Shown piece after piece: positions 52,250-64,000 of a stretch of 64,000 nt of DNA. Numbering within the stretch: position 1 is the stretch's first letter; every line of letters starts with the position of its first letter. This DNA is from Octopus bimaculoides (lineage: Eukaryota). Both the position numbers and the translations under genes were made by a program. The notes beneath the pieces are model-generated. The model was not told the DNA's origin. It saw only the letters and a list, made by a program, of their open reading frames with translations, and made no database searches. The stretch spans positions 40,797,225 through 40,861,224 of the forward strand of contig NC_068995.1 in the NCBI RefSeq assembly GCF_001194135.2. Direction: 5' to 3'.

Positions 52250-54613
52250 CGCGCGAGTAAAGAACAACGTGCACTAATTTCACCATATTCAAACCCAATA
52301 TTATTGCCAAATACGCTATCTTTGGGATAGCGTGTTCGCACTAGCATATGTACACACGCGCGCTTCCGCACACATACACCTGCAAAATTTTTACGCACTT
52401 ACACATGCACTTACACACGCACTTACACACATATATACACACACATGTATGCATATATACATGCAAGTACGCAGTGAATGAGTTATGCAGAGATAGGGAA
52501 TTAGAAAGAACCATGTTTCAATTAGTCCCAGGCAGGTCTTCTAATACCAGATGTATATCAAACTAATGTTATATTAGTTTTTTGTCTTTATAATCGTTAA
52601 TTCTTGAGCTTTTCTCGTTCCGCAGGATGGAGACGCGCAGTTACATCCCATTTACACCTACTCCGATGACATATAACATCCATCAAATCCCTCAACTTTT
52701 TCTCCTTTCTTTCTCTCTCCCTCTATCTGCTCCCCTTTCTTTTTTCATCTACTTTCGCTCTCTCTTCCCTTTTCACTCTCTCTCTCTCTCTCTTCTCCCT
52801 TCTCCCCTCCCTCTCTCTTTCTACTAGACAATCCGTAGTGGTTATGAATTCTAAGTTCAACTTTAGGCTAGCAATTTTGGAGGGAATTTAGAGCCGTATA
52901 GATTAGAACCAACACTACTTGTTGTTGCTATTTGTTGCGTAACCCGAGGCGAACCCTAATCCAGTAGATTTATGCATGGTCAAACATGTTCCAGTCAAGA
53001 CCATCCCCCTTGAGATGCCGAGCCATATGTGATAATGTGCCTTTGCCTTTCTCAAGAAGATAGGACAGAGCTGTGATGTCCCTGGTTATTTGGTGATCTT
53101 CGTAGATGCTGTTGCTGTTGTTAAGCCCCACATGATCGTCTATGTGGTCATTTGATCAGCAAGAAATAGCAACCAAATCTCTCTCAAATCACACGCCCTA
53201 GTTGCGCGTAAACGGTAGGCTAAATATTTTAATGGTGAAATATAAGAGGTAAAGATGTCCCCGGTGGAATCTGATCTCTGAACCTCAAGGAATGTGACTA
53301 AATCGCTTTTATTTTTACGGATGTCTATCGATTGAACGCATCCACACACATTTATACATACGTTATGGTGATGCTGCATAAGTCTTCTTCACACCGGGTC
53401 ATCCGCAGCATTTATCAAGAAGTGACCATCAGCCTTCCTCCACCAACACCACACAACCGCCACTACTATTATCGTCACCGCCATCATCACCACCACTATT
53501 ACCATGGCCACCATCACCATCCATATTTGTGAATGTGAGCAAGTGTGTATAATAAATTAAGATGAATGGATAATAACAGTTCAGTACATGCTGCAAATAT
53601 ATCAAAAGTACGATAATTTATTGGCTGAGTACCTTCCTTCAACACTGCATTTGGTCCCGACGTCGCTGGAAGATGGTGGGGGTTCGCTCCCCTGCTTGCA
53701 ATATATATCTGGTGCAGATTACATCCGTAGCCAGCTAGAGGAGGCGTCCTCCTGGAGTTAAAAACAGTAGTAACGTCGGTTCCTACGGAGCAGCTATGTT
53801 GAAGTGGCGATAAACATTACTTTTTAGTATAGTTACTACTATCATCTCTTATAGAGATTTTCTAACGAGCTACTTTGATTATGTGTGTGTGTGCATGTGT
53901 GTGTGGAGTGGTGGTATGAGGTGACTAATGGAAGGAGACATTTACTGAAAACTACTACCGGGATTTGAAGCCACATAATTTTGCGAAAGTACCAATTACA
54001 TAGTCATAACTGGGGGAGGGAAAGTAGGAACTCCAGCAATGCCTGGAGCCTTTAATATAAATAAAATACTGCTGACCCCCCAGCCTGAATAGCACATGTC
54101 CCATCTCTCTCTGAGACTGCTTTCCCAGGGGATTTGTTACCCAATAAACACTGGATACTGAGCTTTGGTTATCCAAGTAAAGAAGCGTATAAATTATACG
54201 TATTGACCAAATATGGAAAATGGCGACTACCGGAGGGGACAGGGTTAAGCTTAAAAACCTTTTTAGAAGATAATCTAAAAACCTATTCCGTTCCGAAATC
54301 TTATTCTACTTCCAATCTGATTAGGTCTCATTAGTCTTCTGCAACCTCTCTGATAAATGATAACGGGGTTCGAATTGCAGGTTTTCCGCATGAACTGCAG
54401 ATATTTTAATTAGAAAAAAAAAGAAGCATTGAAGAAACTAACGCGAAAATAGAGAGGGAGTGGAATGTGGGGAATGTAGAAGAAAAATGAGGTACAGAGA
54501 GGAGAAACAGAGAGGAAAGGGTCAATGAAAGGGTGTGAGAGAGGAAGAGAGAAATAGAAAGTATAAGTGATAAAGACAGATATAGAGAAGCAAAGAGAGA
54601 GAGAGAGAGAGAG

Positions 54614-54671
<58 letters not shown>

Positions 54672-54902
54672 AATGAGAGAGAGGAAAAGAGAGAGAGAAA
54701 AAGTGAGAGTGAGAGAAAAGAAAAGAGAGAGGGATTACTGCAAAGTCGATGGATGAAACGTGCTTTTCCAACTAAATGAAATGTTAATGGGTTGCAATTG
54801 TTGCAATAATTACAAGATGTACTTAGTAAAGTCTCACTGGACTGAAGAGTCTCATATAACGGAGACTATCACACAACACACACATACATATATATATATG
54901 TT

Positions 54903-54943
<41 letters not shown>

Positions 54944-55032
54944 CATATATGTTACATACACACACATATACATACATGTTACATACACACACATACATAT
55001 ATGTTACATACACACACGCATACATATATGTT

Positions 55033-55065
<33 letters not shown>

Positions 55066-55200
55066 CGCAGAGGCAGAAATGGATTCGTGAGTGGGAGATG
55101 TTGAAATATTGGTTATGCCACTCAACTTGGTAAGACACGTACATACGTGTTTGTGCGTCTGCGTGTATGTGTGTGGGTGACCGTGCGTGTGTATGTATGT

Positions 55201-55251
<51 letters not shown>

Positions 55252-55655
55252 AATGTCAAATTGAGGTTATTATTTTAAAGTAAGTTAAAGACCAACAACG
55301 GAACAATTACTGTTGGGGAGATTCAATAATACGCGCGAGCTTACGTATGTACGTATAAATATATGTGTGAGGCCAGCTAGTGTTTGGCATGTGCGTACGT
55401 ATGTATGTGCGTGTGTGTGTGTTGTGCGAGTGATCGTATGTATAATTGCTAGATGTCTCCCATTTAAAGCAGAGACAGTTACAATTTAACACTCATTACT
55501 CAATACATAAAGTAGAGAGCGTACAGATTTTCATTTATTAAATCAATTACTCTTCTAGGACTATTTATAATTCTGTGGCTTTTAGAGTTCTATAAAACTG
55601 AGGGAAACACAAATATTCCTGCATCCCTGTAAGAGCCATAAATACAGTGAATGTA

Positions 55656-55691
<36 letters not shown>

Positions 55692-55702
55692 AGTCTATCT
55701 AT

Positions 55703-55740
<38 letters not shown>

Positions 55741-55958
55741 GTGTCTATCTATCTGTGTTTCTAGTTATCAATCGGTTTATCTATCTAACTGTCTATCTAT
55801 TTATCCATCTTTGTGTGTATGTGTGTGTATGTGTGTGTATGTGTGTATGGGGAGAGTGATAGAGAGAGATAGGTAGATTGATAGATATTTATCTATATAC
55901 ATGTATACAATATTTATATATATATATACACACACAGACAGACATACATTTATACTGT

Positions 55959-56981
55959 ATGATGGCAGACCCTCAGGTTACACAAGAAATGAAGAGGTAT
56001 GTTGGTATTGTGGTTATAAAAGCTGAGCATAGCGATTTAGAAATATCTCGATTTTTAAAAGTTGCCAGATCTTTCGTCTGCAAAGTTTGTAAGGAGCTAG
56101 AGACTTAAGATTGAAACGTATCACCAGTATCAAAGCATAAAAGGCATTCTAAACGCTCTGAAATCATCAGAACACTTGAATTCATCCAGCAAGTTCAACA
56201 GACCATTGATTACAATCCCAGAAAGTCCATGAGGTCAATTGCAAAAGATTGCCATGAGTCAGAAGGAGCAGTCAGAAAGATGGGTCACAAAGATATCAGA
56301 TATAAGTCTTACATGATGAGGAAAGGTCAATTTGTCAGAAAAAACAAAACAAAAGAAAAGGCACTACATCAGATCTAAAAGGCTCTTAAACAAACTGAAA
56401 AATCCAGCAGAAGAAAATTTGACTTGGTTTTTCTCAAACAAGAAAAACTTCGACCAAGATCAAAAAGTAAACAGAAGATGGTTATGTGCAGACCCTTCTG
56501 AAGTTCTAAGTATTATGCATGTAAAATTTCCTGCAACTGTCATGCTTTTAGAGGTTGTCAGCAATGAAGGACATGTGATGCCTCCTTACTTTCCACAAGA
56601 CATTAGAGTTAACTCTGCCGCCTACATTGAAGTCCTGGATAGACAGTGTATACAATGGAAGGTCATATATGTTTCAGCAAGACTCTGAACCATCACGCAT
56701 GGCTCTATTAGCACAGGAAAGGATGGCTGAAAATTTTCATGATGACATAACTCCTAACATTTGGCCTCCTAATTCCCCAGATCTCAATCCATTGGACTAT
56801 TACATGTGGAGCGTTGTCGAGAGAGGTCAATGAACACACCCATAACACCAAAGCTTCTTTGAAAGCTGCCATAATCAGAGTAATGTCGAAAATGAACCAG
56901 GACCACTTGATTAGAGCATGTAGATGATTTAGATTTCGTATAGAAGCAGTTGTTGAAGCTGAAGGTGGCTTTATTGAATAA
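55959..56981 (+). pseudogene. Decayed Tc1/mariner transposase, maT (DD37D) family
   Basis: FQQD (56681) to WPPNSPDLNPLD (56795) has exactly 37 intervening residues. First catalytic motif reads FFSNKKNF; frameshifts present; TIRs not found. Confidence 0.9.
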
Positions 56982-57734
56982 CATTATAGAAATATCATAT
57001 CATAACCAGAATAATTATTACAATCAAATCATTTCAAGATAACAGATTCCAAAGTACTCTCAAATACTTTGAAAATACCTTACTAAACTATTCCGTAATT
57101 ACCAAAATACATCAAAGTTCATAATTTCAACCGGTTTCACTTATTACAGAAGATATTCATTACAATGCCCCTATTTAATGGCTTGCTACTAACATTCATT
57201 TCATATAGAGCACTGTATATAACATTGAGGTTAGTAGCAAGCCATTTTATATATGTGTGTGTGTGTGTGTGTGTACACATAACTACCAATTATGTAGATA
57301 ACAATTTTGCCTGCTTACAAAAGAATCAATCAGGGTAGGATTGTATGATTTAAGGCGAAATTGTCTGCTACTTTTATCAGCAGGTCTAGTAACCACATAG
57401 AAACAGCCAGATTATCTCGATCTTATTTTATTGCAATCTGAGTGGCATCAATAAGTTCAATTATTGACCTACAGAAAACTACTCATACGATAATTAGAAC
57501 TGTAGAAAATGTCCATTCTTGCCTTTAACCGAAATCCCCAGAGAACTAATTTCGCGAAACAAAATATATATTCCACGTAGTAATGTCAAACTAACTACAT
57601 TTGTTAACCTAATTATCTCGCTGCTATCTCAAACCATCAAGTGATGAAGTCAGCTAAACACAGCCAAACGCTGAACTGTTTTTCTTTTGTCCGTAGGGCC
57701 GTGACTCATATATCAAATAATAATTCAAATTCAA

Positions 57735-57783
<49 letters not shown>

Positions 57784-57790
57784 CACAAAC

Positions 57791-57949
57791 GCGCAAGTGT
57801 GGTCGTTTGGTAAGAAGCTTGCTTCCTAACCACATGGTTCCGCGTTCAGTTCACCGCTGGCACTTTGGACAAGTGTCTTCTGCTATAGCTTCGAGTCGAC
57901 CAAAGCCTTCTGAGTAGATTTAGTTGAAGGAAACTGAAAGAAACGCGTC
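57791..57949 (+). mobile_element. SINE family B, 5' half
   Basis: GGTAAGAAGCTTGCTTCCTAACCACATGG...AACTGAAAGAAACGCGTC then (TA)n. Confidence 0.85.
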
Positions 57950-58065
57950 ATATATATATATATATATATATATAAGACTTTCCGTATTCCCGAGCGTCAT
58001 ACTAATATATACTTTTGTTATTTACACCACCTGTCCTCGTCTGTTGTTATTTTTTGTATATTCTC

Positions 58066-58105
<40 letters not shown>

Positions 58106-58111
58106 ATGTAT

Positions 58112-58790
58112 ATAAGAGATACCCGGCGTTGCTCGTTATTAAAACGGCATAGTTTGTGTATATATATATATATATATATATATAAATATATATATCACAG
58201 TTATGTTGAAACAGGTGATACAAGTAAGTGCAGCATTGACGACAAAACATTTGTAGAGTAAATTTTAAAGCTTTGCATAAACAACAATTTGAGTTTAGCT
58301 CACCAATTTGGACAGAATTAGCATTTTTATAAAAACGGGCTGGATCATATCTGAAAGCAGATCCAGGTGTTGTGAAGAACAAATTTTTGTACGTGGTCTG
58401 TTTCTGAGAGCTATTCTATTAAACCTCTATGTAATCAGGCATGTTAAAAACGTTGTTTTAATGATTCAACATTAAGTGCTACAGCATGCCTTTGCTGATC
58501 TTGAGAAAGTCTCGCCTCTTTTCTGTCTTGGGACTCCATCAGACGTGCTGCAGCACGTCTCCTCTCCCTTCTCTCTTGCGACTGTATTTGACGTGCTGCA
58601 GCATGCGTTTGGTGATCTTTGGAAAATGTCATGTGCTTTCTGATCTGAGACTTCATCTGACGTACTTCAGCATACTTTTGCTGATCTTGAGAAAGTCTCA
58701 TGTCCCTTCTGTATTGTGACTCTAACCTTCGGTTTTCTGTCTCTCTTTCCACCAACCATTTCCATTTAGTTAATTCAACTTGTGAAACAG
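58112..58790 (-). mobile_element. Internally deleted Helitron remnant
   Basis: Minus strand encodes RLSQDQQ/RxxES repeats, then SAFRYDPARFY...VQIGELNSNCCLCKALKF (Helitron Rep N-terminal AF.YDP...IG.M...C..C.A.KF motif). CGAGCAACGCCGGGT near 58121-58135 resembles the 3'-terminal hairpin; terminal CTAG decayed. Confidence 0.75.
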
Positions 58791-59020
58791 TTAACCCAGA
58801 CACGTTGTTTTTCTTTCTCTCTCCATTGTTTTCTTTCTTTATTCCTTTCCGTACAAGAGCGTAGGCTCGAAATGTCAAAGACTTCCATTTTTCCTGAGCG
58901 TTAAGCCAATACATCTTGCTTGCTGTTCCCTCACTTGTCTCTGTCTTCTATTTTTTGTGTACATTTTGAGCCATAGTGTGTATGTGCGTGTGCGCGCGCG
59001 CGTGAGCGTGTGCGTGTCTA

Positions 59021-59225
59021 TGTCTGTGTCTGTCCCCACAACCGCCTGACAATCGGTGTTGGTGTGTTTACGTCCCCATAACTTAGTGGTTCGGCAAAGG
59101 AGATCGATAGAGTAAGTACCATGCTTTAAAAAATATAAGTATTAGGGTCGATTCATTCGACTAAAAATTCTTCCAGGCAGTGCCCCAGCATGGCCGCAGT
59201 CTAATGACTGAAGCAAGCAAAATAC
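59021..59225 (+). mobile_element. SINE family B, 3' half
   Basis: TGTCCCCACAACCGCCTGACAATCGGTG...CAGCATGGCCGCAGTCTAATGACTGAAGCAAG. Confidence 0.88.
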
Positions 59226-60039
59226 AAAAAAAAAAATACAATACTGTTTTCTTGCTGTCTGATTTGATTTTATTTAACGTTACATAAAATTGCAAAAATT
59301 CAGAATTTGCTTATAGCATCAGTGGAATTAACTTGTAAAGCTTCTTCGTCCGAAAATGAAATATTCTTCTATTACACAGGGAAAATAATTTCATTGCTGA
59401 GTCTATCTGTGGACGTAATTTATTCTCCGGAACTAAATGGAGATGAAGAAATGACGTGAACGGTGCGATAGCAATTCGAAATGATTCTAGGAAATATGAC
59501 TTTTCTGGTTCTACAGCAAACACTTATAATTATACGCACCTTCGTACAAACGTATAGTATTCAGGTGATTTGAAGCGGATTGACTATCTATTTCTAAGAG
59601 GTTGAGCGTTCTCGTTTAGGTTCTGTCACTGACAGTACTTATTATCATTACTCTTGAGTGGTTGATGGCAGAATCAGTAGAGCAACAAACAAAAATTCTT
59701 TGTGATATTTGGTTATGTAACTTTAAATAAATGTGGACTTCAAATTTTGCCAGAGCTAAAATAAAGAGAACTAAGTACTGGAATCCCTCTAAGCAGGGAG
59801 AACCCTCAAAATCTTTGTGGTTCTCAGCCAATGTTTGATAAGGATGAAACAACACAGAGAGTTGCAGCAACAATTGACCAAAGGGGTCGTTGGTAACAGG
59901 GCTGTACCAGTCATAACTGTGGAAATAGTGAAGATCACCTCGTCCTCAGACCCAAAACTTGAAGACCGTTAAAATAAGGATCAGATTGGAAAACTGCCAG
60001 GGAAGGCCGGAAAATGAGAAACGAATATATACCATACAT

Positions 60040-60083
<44 letters not shown>

Positions 60084-60228
60084 ATATAACTGGGACAAAA
60101 TGCAAGTACAAGAGTGAAATCGACAGTCACCAACTGATGTTTTGGGAGATCAGATTCTCAAATTTCGACTACTCGATCGGTCTGCAGTAGATAAGGGGTA
60201 AAAAAAAAAAAAACGCATAGATTTAGAT

Positions 60229-62074
60229 CAGGCGCCGGCAACCTATGGCAAGCGTACCATCTGTGGCACACGGACCAATTCACAATGGCACGCACGCCTC
60301 TTGGCAAAAAATAAACGTAAATTTTTGTTTATAACTATATTTCAGGACGCGACATCATAATGATTAGATTATATCGTTACAAGTCTTTTTGTTTTTTATG
60401 ATCCATCTATTCTAATCTAAGTAGAGGCACAATGGCCCAGTGGTTAGGACAGCGGACTCGCGGTCATAGGATCGCGGTTTCGATTCCCAGACCGGGCGTT
60501 GTGAGTGTTTATTGAGCGAAAAAACCTAAATCTCCACGAGGCTCCGGCAAGGGATGGTGGCGAACCCTGCTGTACTCTTCCACCACAACTTTCTCTCACT
60601 CTTACTTCCGGTTTCTGTTGTTCCTGTAATTCAAAGGGTCAGCCTTGTCACGCTGAATCTCCCCAAGAACTACGTTAAGGGTACACGTGTCTGTGGAGTG
60701 CTCAGCCACTTGCACGTTAATTTCACGAGCAAGCTGTTCCGTTGATCGGATCAACTGGAACCCTCGACGTCGTAAGCGACGGAGTGCCAACAACATTTTA
60801 ATCTAAACTATCTGAAGTTAGTTGTATTTGGTAGTTGTACATTTCCTTAAAAATATAGTACTACAGAACACCAGTAATTTTGATGATACCAAATTGTAAA
60901 TGTTATCACAACTAACTTGTTTATAAACTGGCGCTGAAAGCATTTATATGTACTTCATTATTTAAGCCAGGAGCTGCAAACGCCTATTTTTCGAAATCAG
61001 TCGTATATTTAGCAGTGCAGATCATGATATGTTAAAATTAGTTAACCACCTTACAGCGGCCAGTCTAAATAAAGACACTCTTTAAAATGGTCTCCTACTT
61101 TGCGAGTCATCTATAAGTAGACTCTTAACATTACTATCTCATTTTGAGGCCAAGTTTATATTAAATGGAAAGAAAAAGCGGTAGTGAGAAGGGTTTTCAA
61201 AGACAAACAAACATAAAAAGTAAAAAATTATACTTATTTTCTTTGGTTTCAATTTCTCGTTTGTGAGTCTTAGTTGTATGATTTCTTGAATGTCTTTCTT
61301 TTTTTTTTTCTGTTTATTCTTACCATATATTTTAATCTAATTATTCTTATTATTACAAAACTTTATTCATTAAATTTATTTTATTTCTTGTTTTATTTTA
61401 ATTTTTTTTTTTACAATTTATTTTATTCTAATTATTTTTATTTAGCTATTTTTATTTTTTGTTTGTAGAATCTGGTTTAAAGGTTTATACACCTGTTAAT
61501 ATTAGTTATCAAAATGTAGTGCCCCAAGATGAATAACAAAAGACAAAAACTTGACGTTCGTCATTGCTTGAAAAATTCAATTCTTTGAAGAAAATCTCAG
61601 ATGCTCTGCTTTTAACCTTTGACTCAACATATACATGCAAACAATTTTCTTTACACATGAAATCTGTTTTGAGTCCTACTAAGAAGTTGTCTGACAATTT
61701 AACATTCGCAAGCTTGCGTGAAGCTAAAAGTCACAAATTATACACCTGATATTGAGAAATTAAGCAAAAATGTTCTGGGACAAGGTTCTCATTAATTTAT
61801 AGAAATTTAATGTAACTGTTGTTTATAATTTGTTAATAATTTTGTTCTTTTTGTTTATAATTTGAAAAAATATTTTTAATTAATTTTTTAAATAAAATCA
61901 TATTTGTTTTCATGCAATTTGAATTATTAAAGGATTAATAAAATGGATTTCTGTTATATACCGAGTTTCAAAAGCATAAACTCTACTAATAAAAGTAGTA
62001 ATATGAGGTTGGCACGCGCAATGCTTTAGGAAGCTAGGTTTGGCCCTCCATTATCAAAAGATTGCTGACGCCTG
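60229..62074 (+). mobile_element. Non-autonomous hAT (Charlie/SPIN-like) element with transposase C-terminal remnant
   Basis: CAGGCG...CGCCTG ends; perfect 8-bp TSD ATTTAGAT (60221-60228, 62075-62082). Remnant LKKISDALLLTFDSTYTCKQF..MKSV...PDIEKLSKNVLGQGSH* at ~61564-61795 matches the hAT dimerisation motif F.STY.CE..FS.M...PDI..L...Q.SH. Confidence 0.92.
60421..60794 (+). mobile_element. SINE family C nested in the hAT element
   Basis: Full-length copy; 12-bp TSD ATTCTAATCTAA/ATTTTAATCTAA (11/12). Confidence 0.93.
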
Positions 62075-62229
62075 ATTTAGATGAAACGTTGCATATCTGC
62101 TTTATATGCTGTGAGCAGGTTCTGTCTTTACGGCTGTTTCAAATGATCAGTGAATAGTTGATATAATAATGCATACCAAGCAAAGAAATGCAAAACTGAG
62201 GTAATATTACGAACATAAAAGCAAATTAT

Positions 62230-62402
62230 TAAGGCTGGCAAAATCGTTAGCATGCTGGGGAAAATGCTTAGCGGCATTTCAAGTGTGGCGGAGGTTGACT
62301 TTGCTTTCACTTTTCGGGGTCGATAAAATAAGTACCAGTTGAGAATTGGGATTGATCCAATCGATTTGCTGCTCCCCAAAAATTTCAAGCTTTGTGTTTA
62401 TA
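62230..62402 (+). mobile_element. CORE-type SINE (family A), internally shortened
   Basis: TAAGGCTGGCAAAATCGTTAGC...TTTCGGGGTCGATAAAATAAGTACC. Confidence 0.85.
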
Positions 62403-62832
62403 ATAGAGACTGTTATATATTTGCTTGCATGTATGTATGTTTACATCGGTGTGTGTGTGTGTGTGAGAGAGAGAGAAAGTTGATATCTATGCAAGCAAGT
62501 ATTAATGTTTCAACGAAGTCATGTGTACGTGGTGCATACATTCCAGTTCAACGATGAACGATTTTAGAGAAAATTTCGCCGCCAGTTATAAATGGAAGAC
62601 AAGATATATCTCACGTTCACAAAGCAGTAAAACAGGTGGAGAACGACAATAGCAACGACGACGACAACGATGACAATGATGATGATGATGATGATAATGA
62701 TGACGGCAGCGGCGGCGGTGATGAGAAAAAACAACAACAACAACAACAACAATAACAATACTAATTGCAACAACAAAAACAGCAGAAGCAATAACCAGCA
62801 AAACAGTAGCAATTGAAATAATCCTATGTATT

Positions 62833-63035
62833 ATTGGCACATGGCCTGGAGTTTTGGGGAGGTGGAGCTAGTCGAATACATCGACCCCAGTGTTTCACTG
62901 GTATTTAATTTATTGACCCGAAAGGGTGAAAGGCAAAGTCGACCCCGGTGAAATTTGAACTCAGAACGTAAGAACGGACGAAGTTGTCTCTAGACGTTTT
63001 GCCTGTCGTGCTAACGATTCATCCAGCTCACCCCC
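62833..63035 (-). mobile_element. CORE-type SINE (family A)
   Basis: Reverse complement of head, CORE and tail. Confidence 0.88.
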
Positions 63036-63238
63036 TCAGTAGCAATTGAACTCATCGTTTCTGCTATAGGCACAAGGCCTGGAATTTTGGGAGACAGGTT
63101 AAGTCGATTACATCGATCCCAGTACTCAACAACTGAAATAATAATCGCAAGACTAGCAACTATAACACCTCTTTACCACCACCACAACAGCAACAACAAT
63201 CGGACAATTTCGTCAAACAACAACATCATGAACCTACA

Positions 63239-63445
63239 TAAGGTGGTGAGATGGCAGAATCGTTAAAACACCGGGAAAAACTGCTTAGCAGTATTTCGTC
63301 CGTCTTTACGTTCTGAGTTCAAATTCCGCCGAGTTCAAATTTCTGGGTCGTTGAAATAAGAACCTGTTAAGCACTGGCGTCGCTGTAATCAACTTACCCC
63401 ACCTCCCCAAAATTGCTGGCCTTGTGCCAAAACTTGAAATCAGTA
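63239..63445 (+). mobile_element. CORE-type SINE (family A)
   Basis: TAAGGTGGTGAGATGGCAGAATCG head; CCCCAAAATTGCTGGCCTTGTGCCAAAAC tail. Confidence 0.87.
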
Positions 63446-63495
63446 TCATGAACCGAATTGGGAGTGTCTGCTTCGCTAGAAATAACAACCAAATT

Positions 63496-63830
63496 GCTTA
63501 CCAACCACATGATTCTGGGTTCAGTCCCACTGCGTGGCACCTTGGGCAAGTGTCTTCTACTATAGCCTCAGGCTGACCAAAGCCTTGTGAGTGGATTTGG
63601 TAGACGGAAACTGAAAGAAGCCTGTGTGTGTCCCCCCAACATCGCTTGAAAACCGATGGTGGTGTGTTTACGTCCCCATAACTTAGCGGTTCGGCAAAAA
63701 GAGACCGATAGAATAAGTACTAGGCTTACAAAGAGTAAGTCCTGGGGTCGATTTTCTCGACTAAAGGCGGTGCCCCAGCATGGCCGCAGTCAATGACTTA
63801 AACAAGTAAAAGAGTAAAGAGTAAAGAGTA
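63496..63830 (+). mobile_element. SINE family B, 5'-clipped, almost no internal microsatellite
   Basis: GAAAGAAGCCTGTGTGTGTCCCCCCAACATCG junction; (GAGTAAA)n tail. Confidence 0.92.
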
Positions 63831-64000
63831 TTAATTAATGTGTCCTGGTTGAAATACCTCTAATCATAGGTTTGAAGCTGACCTGGGATTAAATAACAAA
63901 AACAACAACATAAATAAAAATAGCGGCATAATACTGATACCAAATTTCGGCACAAGGTCAGCAATTTCTAGGGAGCAGGTAAGTTGAAGAACAATAAAAA

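Noticed and set aside
58851-58880. GAGC-gtag-GCTC-GAAATGTC, the 3' half of a hammerhead
   Set aside because: No CUGANGA upstream; too decayed to call.

Overview
Eukaryotic, AT-rich, repeat-dominated DNA from a gapped draft scaffold; about 6.5 kb (~10%) is N. The abundant tRNA-headed SINE families and extreme microsatellite load match what is known of Octopus genomes (inference, no search run). No full-length protein-coding gene, rRNA, tRNA gene or CRISPR array is supported, and most ORFs in the track are microsatellite or gap artefacts. The window is a layered set of transposon relics. There are four SINE families and LINE fragments (RTE, CR1-like, R4/Dong). Decayed DNA transposases include mariner, pogo, maT DD37D, hAT and Helitron, and there are several MITEs, some with clear target-site duplications. 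The most notable signal is a set of hammerhead-ribozyme motifs of the minimal Penelope type. One has an intact core and sits between ~200-bp inverted arms (39071-39110). A tandem cluster lies downstream of promoter-like motifs in an LTR-like unit (26226-26713). A few short segments with good splice signals may be exons of an unidentified large-intron gene, but none could be assigned confidently.
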